NCBI GenBank assembly: GCA_038249935.1
Contig: JBBSCU010000001.1
Span: 149 to 64,148, forward strand
Length of the DNA: 64,000 nt
Reading direction: 5' to 3'
From: Chroococcales cyanobacterium
Lineage (GTDB): Bacteria > Cyanobacteriota > Cyanobacteriia > Cyanobacteriales > Nostocaceae
The number at the start of each line of letters is the position of its first letter. Positions within the stretch are counted from its first letter, which is position 1. Shown here one piece after another: positions 58,793 through 64,000 of the stretch. Position numbers and translations under genes: made by a program. The notes under the pieces were generated by a model. The model did not search any database and was not told where the DNA came from. It saw only the letters and a list, made by a program, of their open reading frames with translations.

Positions 58793-58864
58793 TTATAAAC
58801 AAGCTGCTCTTGGCGAAGAGATATTGAGATAGGCAGCTAAAGGGAAACTAGAGTAATCAAACAT
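58793..58864 (-). pseudogene. Truncated second copy of the beta-propeller N-terminus (23 aa)
   Basis: MFDYSSFPLAAYLNISSPRAACL* versus MFDYSSPALAAYVNISSPRAACT. Confidence 0.85.
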
Positions 58865-58971
58865 TTTACATCTAAGATAAAAAAATACTTCAGTTGGTAA
58901 TAAGTTTTTAGCATAGGACTAATTGATACGGGATGTCAAAAGATTTTTTGAGCCTAGCGAAATCTAACCGC

Positions 58972-59008
58972 ATTGCAATTCATCAAAATCCCTATTAGGG
59001 ATTGAAAT
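58972..59008 (+). CRISPR. Solo CRISPR repeat (second copy)
   Basis: Identical to 58636-58672. Confidence 0.85.
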
Positions 59009-59218
59009 AATATTAATTATCTAAAGTTAATCGCTTTCCTGCTGATTTAACCATGCTTCTAAATCAGACTTTATAAACATCCTCTATAATTCAGATTTTT
59101 GACCCTAATTAATAACAATGCATACTTATACCAATTATCTGTGAGGTTGCATAGAAAAGGGGCTTAAGCCCCTTGTTTCACCAAACTTGATTTTGTGCAG
59201 TTTTCCAAAGAATTGGTA

Positions 59219-60712
59219 TTAGTCCATCAAATGTTGCTGAACTTTTGAGACTAATTCATTTGTCCAGTAGTTTGCAAGTTCGGCATCGGCGGCTTCTACC
59301 ATCACCCTGATTACTGGTTCTGTACCAGAGGCGCGAACCAAAATTCTGCCGGAATCACCCATTGCAACTTCAGCAAGTGCGATCGCTTCTTGGAGAGGTT
59401 GGCAATCTTTCCATCCTAAACGGCGATCGCGATCCATAACTCGCACGTTCCGCAACAATTGTGGATAAGTTTGGAAGCTCTGATCTACCAATTCCGCTAA
59501 GGAAACACCCGCCTCTTTTACCAAAGCTGCTACGTGTAAGGCTGTTAATAAACCATCTCCAGTCACGGCATAATGACGGCAAAGAATATGACCTGATTGT
59601 TCGCCGCCGAGCATTCCCCCAGTCCGCACCATTTCGGCTTGCACATATTGGTCGCCGACTGCGGTACGAATTAATTTGCCGCCAATTTGTTGCCAAGCTT
59701 TCTCAAAACCTAAGTTGGCCATGACAGTAGATACAATTAAGTTATCCGGCAACTGTTGGTTTTGTTGTAACTTGCGTCCCCACAGATAGAGAATGTAATC
59801 GCCGTTAACTTGCCGGCCAATATTATCTACAGCTAAAACGCGATCAGCATCGCCATCAAAGGCAAAGCCTAAATCAGCGTTGTGTTCTTGTACTGTTGCT
59901 GCAAGAATATCTAAATGAGTGGAACCGCAGTTAACATTAATGCGATCGCCATCCGCTTCGTTATGCAAGCAGATTACCTCTGCTCCCATCTGTGTAAATA
60001 CTGATGGTGCTAACCCGACTGCTGCTCCCCATGCCAAGTCTAAAACAATCTTCATTCCTTGAAGATTTAGCGCACTGTTCAGGGGTTTTTTTAACGCCGA
60101 GCTATAATCCTCCACTAACTCAAAACGTGAGTAATGCCGTCCGCAATTACTGACTCTAGCAATCGGTGATATTTTGCCACGCAGTCCGGCTTCAATTTCT
60201 GCCTGTAATACTTGCGGCAACTTCCCACCATCGGCACCAAAAACCTTAATACCATTGTCTTCTGGCGGATTGTGGCTAGCAGAAATCATCACTCCGCCTA
60301 TAGCATCACTGATGCTGGTGACATAGGAAATGCCAGGAGTGGGACATAATCCCAAATACCAGACCTCTAACCCTGCTGCTGTTAACCCTGCACTCAAAGC
60401 CATTGCTAGCATATCGCTGGAGTTTCGAGAGTCCTGTCCGAGAATGACTGGACCTACTTGAGTAGCATGGTTACGTAAAACAATCCCCGTCCAAAAACCA
60501 ACTTGTAATGCTAAAGGTGCACTTAGTAATTCTCCGACTCGTCCGCGAATCCCGTCAGTACCAAATAAGGGATTTGCTGGTAGTGGGATTAAATTAAAGG
60601 CAAAACTGCTCTCAATTCCTTTGTCCAATCCATCAGCTTCGGAAGCAGAACCCCCGGGAATGTCTGATATCCGAGTTATAGATGAAACCATAAGTTTAAA
60701 TACTCCACACAA
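59219..60712 (-). CDS. glmM: Phosphoglucosamine mutase
   Basis: [35 protein letters not shown]; likely start at ATG 60691. Confidence 0.96.
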   Translation of the reverse strand: MCGVFKLMVSSITRISDIPGGSASEADGLDKGIESSFAFNLIPLPANPLFGTDGIRGRVGELLSAPLALQVGFWTGIVLRNHATQVGPVILGQDSRNSSDMLAMALSAGLTAAGLEVWYLGLCPTPGISYVTSISDAIGGVMISASHNPPEDNGIKVFGADGGKLPQVLQAEIEAGLRGKISPIARVSNCGRHYSRFELVEDYSSALKKPLNSALNLQGMKIVLDLAWGAAVGLAPSVFTQMGAEVICLHNEADGDRINVNCGSTHLDILAATVQEHNADLGFAFDGDADRVLAVDNIGRQVNGDYILYLWGRKLQQNQQLPDNLIVSTVMANLGFEKAWQQIGGKLIRTAVGDQYVQAEMVRTGGMLGGEQSGHILCRHYAVTGDGLLTALHVAALVKEAGVSLAELVDQSFQTYPQLLRNVRVMDRDRRLGWKDCQPLQEAIALAEVAMGDSGRILVRASGTEPVIRVMVEAADAELANYWTNELVSKVQQHLMD

Positions 60713-61107
60713 TCACACTGAAAAATAGCACTTAAAACTCTATTCAGCAATTTCGTCATGCTTTTTTTCTTAAGAAATTCATTCTGATCAAGCCAATATT
60801 AAGTAATAATACTTAAAAATTGCCTCTTGAATTGTGAATTTTTAATAAAGTCAGTATTTATTTTTACTTGATCAGTAAAGTCTCCACATTTTAGCTAATT
60901 ATTCCTTTTAATCAAGACATCGGAATCTAAAAGTTCAATTCGTTTAGCCTTGTTGCTGTGTAAAAAACTACAAAATCATCCGAGCAGCTTAAAAAATTTT
61001 AATATAAATTCTCATCAAATAGTTTTAAGGTAACGGTTTAATGGCTTTTTTAGCCGTTAGTAAATTAAAACTTCGGCAGTTGATTTTTTGAAGTTGAGAA
61101 ATTTAGC

Positions 61108-61824
61108 ATGAGCAGCAATTTAGCAGCCAAATTACGTGTAGGCACTAAAAAAGCCCACACAATGGCAGAAAATGTCGGTTTTGTTAAGTGCTTTTTAAGA
61201 GGAGTCGTCGAGAAAAACTCTTACCGCAAATTAGTTGCTAACTTCTACTTCGTTTACTCAGCGATGGAAGAAGAGATGGAAAAGCACCGTCAGCACCCAA
61301 TTATTTCTAAAATTAACTTTCCCCAACTAAACCGTAAACATACCCTAGAGCAAGACTTGGGTTATTACTTTGGGGCTAATTGGAGAGAGCAAATCCAACT
61401 ATCTCCCGCAGGTAAAGCTTATGTACAGCGCATCCGAGAAATATCTGAAACAGCACCAGAACTGTTAATCGCACATTCGTATACTCGTTACCTGGGTGAT
61501 TTATCTGGGGGACAAATTCTCAAAAATATTGCTGTAACAGCAATGAATTTGTCTGATGGGCAAGGAACAGCCTTTTATGAGTTTCCAGAGATTTCCGATG
61601 AGAAGGCATTCAAAGCGAAATATCGTCAAACTTTGGATGAACTACCCCTTGATGATGCTACCAGCGATCGCATAGTTGATGAAGCTAACGCCGCCTTTGG
61701 TACGAACATGAAGCTGTTTGAGGAATTGGAAGGCAATTTAATCAAGGCCATTGGTGTAATGCTGTACAACAGCCTGACACGCCGTCGGACACGCGGTAGT
61801 ACTGAACTCGCTACTGCTGAATAA
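61108..61824 (+). CDS. ho1: Heme oxygenase (biliverdin-producing)
   Basis: GTKKAHTMAENVGF, HSYTRYLGDLSGGQIL, EANAAF. Confidence 0.95.
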   Translation: MSSNLAAKLRVGTKKAHTMAENVGFVKCFLRGVVEKNSYRKLVANFYFVYSAMEEEMEKHRQHPIISKINFPQLNRKHTLEQDLGYYFGANWREQIQLSPAGKAYVQRIREISETAPELLIAHSYTRYLGDLSGGQILKNIAVTAMNLSDGQGTAFYEFPEISDEKAFKAKYRQTLDELPLDDATSDRIVDEANAAFGTNMKLFEELEGNLIKAIGVMLYNSLTRRRTRGSTELATAE

Positions 61825-62011
61825 GCTAATGTGCGACACAGAGATCCGAGGATTAACTTAATCTCAAGAGTGTTAAAAGCGCTCAATACATTTAGGGGCG
61901 ATCGCCTTATGATTGTTTTGGATTCATCAAAGCAAATATAAGGAGATTGCCCCTCAATTATGTTTAATTATTTTTGAATTTGGAGCGCCCAGACGTGAAT
62001 CGGACAACAAA

Positions 62012-63334
62012 CTAACTTTTGAACAAGATATCATTGCGACTAACTGCGCCTAGCTGGGGTAAAGAGTTGATGGCTGAGTGGGGAGTGAGGGTAGCAGGAA
62101 CAATTGCAGGTAGTTGTAATTGTTTTACAACACTTTGCAACAGTTGATCTTGTCCAGTACGGAAACCGCCGACATTTGTCCCACGGTTGATAATAGCAAA
62201 CCAAACCAAACCGCGATCGCGTGTGGGCATCACTCCCGCCAAAGCGCTTACATCCCGGAGAGTACCAGTTTTGATTACAGTCGCGGCGGGAATGTGTCTA
62301 GAGTGTAGTGTTCCTCGACGATCAAACCCAGACATCGGGAACAAGTCAGCTAAATTCAGTTGATGAGCAGATGCCTCGCCTTGAATAGCCATCAACATAG
62401 CACAAGCAGCTCTAGGGGAAATGCGATTTTCTGGCCCCAGTCCAGAACCATTGATTAACTGGATTTCCACTTGTGGCACCTTAGCAAGATGAGCAGCCGT
62501 TGATTGTACTACAGCTGCTCCCCCCACTGAGTCTGCCAGCATCTCTGCCATCTCGTTGTTACTGTAAACATTCATTTCCTTGATTAGTTGCTTCAAGGGT
62601 AACGAGCGATGACGTAGTAACAAGATTTGTTGCGGGTTTGGTTGCGCCGCAAATTTGATCGCACCTGCAATCACGACTTTCGGCTTGGGTGTTCCCTTGG
62701 GCATGATTGAGTGGATGTAAACAGCAGGGCGACCCCAAGTTGCATAATTTAGAGTTTGCTTGAGTATCAGACCTGCTAGCATCGGCTGACGTTGGAAATT
62801 CATGGCAAAATTGCCAGTAATGATCAAATTTCCCTTTATCTGCTTAATGCCCATTTTATTGAGAGTATTACCAAGAGCGATCGCTTCTTCCCAAACAAAC
62901 AAAGGATCACCACCGCCAGTAATCACCAAATCACCCTGCACAACTCCTTTGACAACTGTCCCAGTGACACTTACTAAAGTATCAAATTGATAATTTGGCC
63001 CCCAAGTTTTCAAAGCAACTAATGAAGTAGCAATTTTGGTTAAAGAGGCAGCCGGCAGAGGTGTCGTACCTTGGTGATTTGCCATCAGCATCGGCCCCGA
63101 CTGCATCCAAATTCCCTGACTCTCAGCCAGATTTTGCGCCACCAATTTTGATGTTATGAGCTTTTTTAGATATGTCTGCACCGTCGTCGCCCCAGCTGGA
63201 TTTGGATCAGGGGCAAGAACCAAGCCAGGGCTACTTTGCCAAGTCAGAGCATCCAGCGCATCCTGAGGCTTGAACTGTACGCCGGCCATTTCCAGCCAGA
63301 GCGTAACCAAACCTGAACCCAATAATTCCAGCAT
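62012..63334 (-). CDS. dacB: D-Ala-D-Ala carboxypeptidase/endopeptidase (peptidase S13)
   Basis: PAASLTK (SxxK), YSNN (SxN), KTGTL (KTG), GGGDP. Confidence 0.9.
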   Translation of the reverse strand: MLELLGSGLVTLWLEMAGVQFKPQDALDALTWQSSPGLVLAPDPNPAGATTVQTYLKKLITSKLVAQNLAESQGIWMQSGPMLMANHQGTTPLPAASLTKIATSLVALKTWGPNYQFDTLVSVTGTVVKGVVQGDLVITGGGDPLFVWEEAIALGNTLNKMGIKQIKGNLIITGNFAMNFQRQPMLAGLILKQTLNYATWGRPAVYIHSIMPKGTPKPKVVIAGAIKFAAQPNPQQILLLRHRSLPLKQLIKEMNVYSNNEMAEMLADSVGGAAVVQSTAAHLAKVPQVEIQLINGSGLGPENRISPRAACAMLMAIQGEASAHQLNLADLFPMSGFDRRGTLHSRHIPAATVIKTGTLRDVSALAGVMPTRDRGLVWFAIINRGTNVGGFRTGQDQLLQSVVKQLQLPAIVPATLTPHSAINSLPQLGAVSRNDILFKS

Positions 63335-63458
63335 ATTTTATTCCCCTACGTCTGTTTAGGATGTTTTATATTATTTCCTGTGCCAATATACACGCTTTTT
63401 TATGCCGATCAGCATTGAGTTTCAATAACTGGTGTATTTAGATTGGGTTTTTTAGGGA

Positions 63459-63642
63459 GATCCCCACAACCCCCCTTAAAAAGGGGGGCTAATAATGGCT
63501 CTATTTCCCCCTTTTTAAGGCTCCGGTGTACACACAACTCTTCTAAAAAAACCAAAATCGTCGTAGATCCCCCTAAATCCCCCTTAAAAAGGGGGACTTT
63601 GAGAAGTTTTTGCCCCCCTTAAAAAGGGGGGTTGGGGGGATC
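63459..63642. mobile_element. Nested palindromic element of the CCCCCTTAAAAAGGGGG family
   Basis: Inverted outer arms GATCCCC.CAACCCCCCTTAAAAAGGGGGGC ... GCCCCCCTTAAAAAGGGGGGTTGGGGGGATC with a second core inside. Confidence 0.65.
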
Positions 63643-63716
63643 AAAAGTCTATGTGACTTATTAAATTGACTTATCGTATTTATTGGGGTGCGGGTGGAAA
63701 AATCCACCCCTAAACT

Positions 63717-64000
63717 CTACTTTCTTTCTGGATGTGCTGCATCCTCTGGTGAAGGAGTACCCATCTGGTTAATTGTGGCAATCATCTGATATAAGCGCCC
63801 CAAGTCGCGTTGATTGAAGTACAAAAGCAGACGGGGTAGTCCAACAGTTTCATCTTGGGCTTCTTGAGGTAACGCCTGACTTTTTTCAATGCGTCCTTGA
63901 ATAATAATGTCGCTAAAATCAGTATTGAGTTGCTCTACTTGAGCGTCTGATAAATCTGTCTTCAGGCGGATGACTAACCTATCGCCTACATATCGACAGG
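63717..64000 (-). CDS. 3' part of a probable LOG-family (Rossmann-fold) protein, cut by the window edge
   Basis: Hand translation CRYVGDRLVIRLK..LNTDFSDII..GRIEKS..LPRLLLYFNQRDLGRLYQMI..HPERK*. Confidence 0.7.
   Translation of the reverse strand, partial: CRYVGDRLVIRLKTDLSDAQVEQLNTDFSDIIIQGRIEKSQALPQEAQDETVGLPRLLLYFNQRDLGRLYQMIATINQMGTPSPEDAAHPERK

Larger units (their letters stand above)
58465..59067. repeat. Direct duplication of about 267 bp (copies 58465-58731 and 58800-59067)
   Basis: Manual alignment: 14 differences including one indel; period 335-336 bp. Confidence 0.95.
1..64000. repeat. HIP1 octamer GCGATCGC dispersed throughout the window
   Basis: Dozens of copies, e.g. 314-321, 31528-31535, 57037-57044, 59379-59386; a hallmark of cyanobacterial chromosomes. 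Confidence 0.95.

Noticed and set aside
60854-60867. GTA-N8-TAC between glmM and ho1
   Set aside because: Low-complexity AT context and no correctly spaced -10 box on either strand
37291-61000. Longer starts in the ORF track for MFP (37291), AcrB (38928), rpsU (51140), HigA (51941) and glmM (60712)
   Set aside because: The extensions run through repeats or intergenic DNA, or precede the conserved family N-terminus
190-62990. Numerous 60-130-aa ORFs antisense to or overlapping long genes
   Set aside because: Shadow frames of well-supported CDSs with no recognisable motifs
1-64000. tRNA, rRNA, transposase, integrase, cas or prophage genes
   Set aside because: None recognised by eye; a covariance-model scan would be needed to exclude small ncRNAs in the long intergenic regions (10.3-10.9, 17.4-18.0 and 18.4-19.3 kb)

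Overview
Chromosomal window from a heterocyst-forming cyanobacterium, probably Nostoc. Evidence: abundant HIP1 GCGATCGC, heptamer STRR repeats, and the nirA-nrtP-narB gene order. Left to right it carries: a nitrate-assimilation cluster (nirB-like HEAT gene, small Rieske, nirA, nrtP, narB, PsiE-family gene, narM) with an NtcB/NtcA promoter; a phospho-signalling/proteolysis cluster (FHA-PrsW protease, small acidic protein, CHAT-FHA protease, membrane PP2C); ndhM; an Asr1734-like regulator; RHH-TOBE and Rrf2 regulators; a GH65/beta-PGM fusion next to susB; moeA; an ArsR-CDF pair; rpmG-rpsR-rnb; ParDE and HigBA toxin-antitoxin pairs; an RND pair; an MFS transporter; a GH38 mannosidase; psbN/psbH/tatA/pth; rpsU; SPFH; folP; tpiA; a GTPase; glmM; ho1; dacB; and a partial LOG-family gene. 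I saw no rRNA, tRNA, transposase, integrase or cas gene. The strongest leads are four. (1) A HetF-like CHAT-FHA protease with an intact His/Cys dyad sits directly upstream of a possible PatU3-like protein, between a PP2C and a second FHA protease. (2) At 57.1-59.1 kb an orphan beta-propeller gene is bracketed by type I-D-like CRISPR repeats (a mini-array plus two solo repeats in a 335-bp duplication). (3) SusB has lost two phosphate-binding residues and lies beside the GH65/beta-PGM fusion. (4) TIR-bounded miniature elements repeatedly abut 21-bp tandem arrays. Family and orthologue assignments come from motif recognition and memory, not from database searches.
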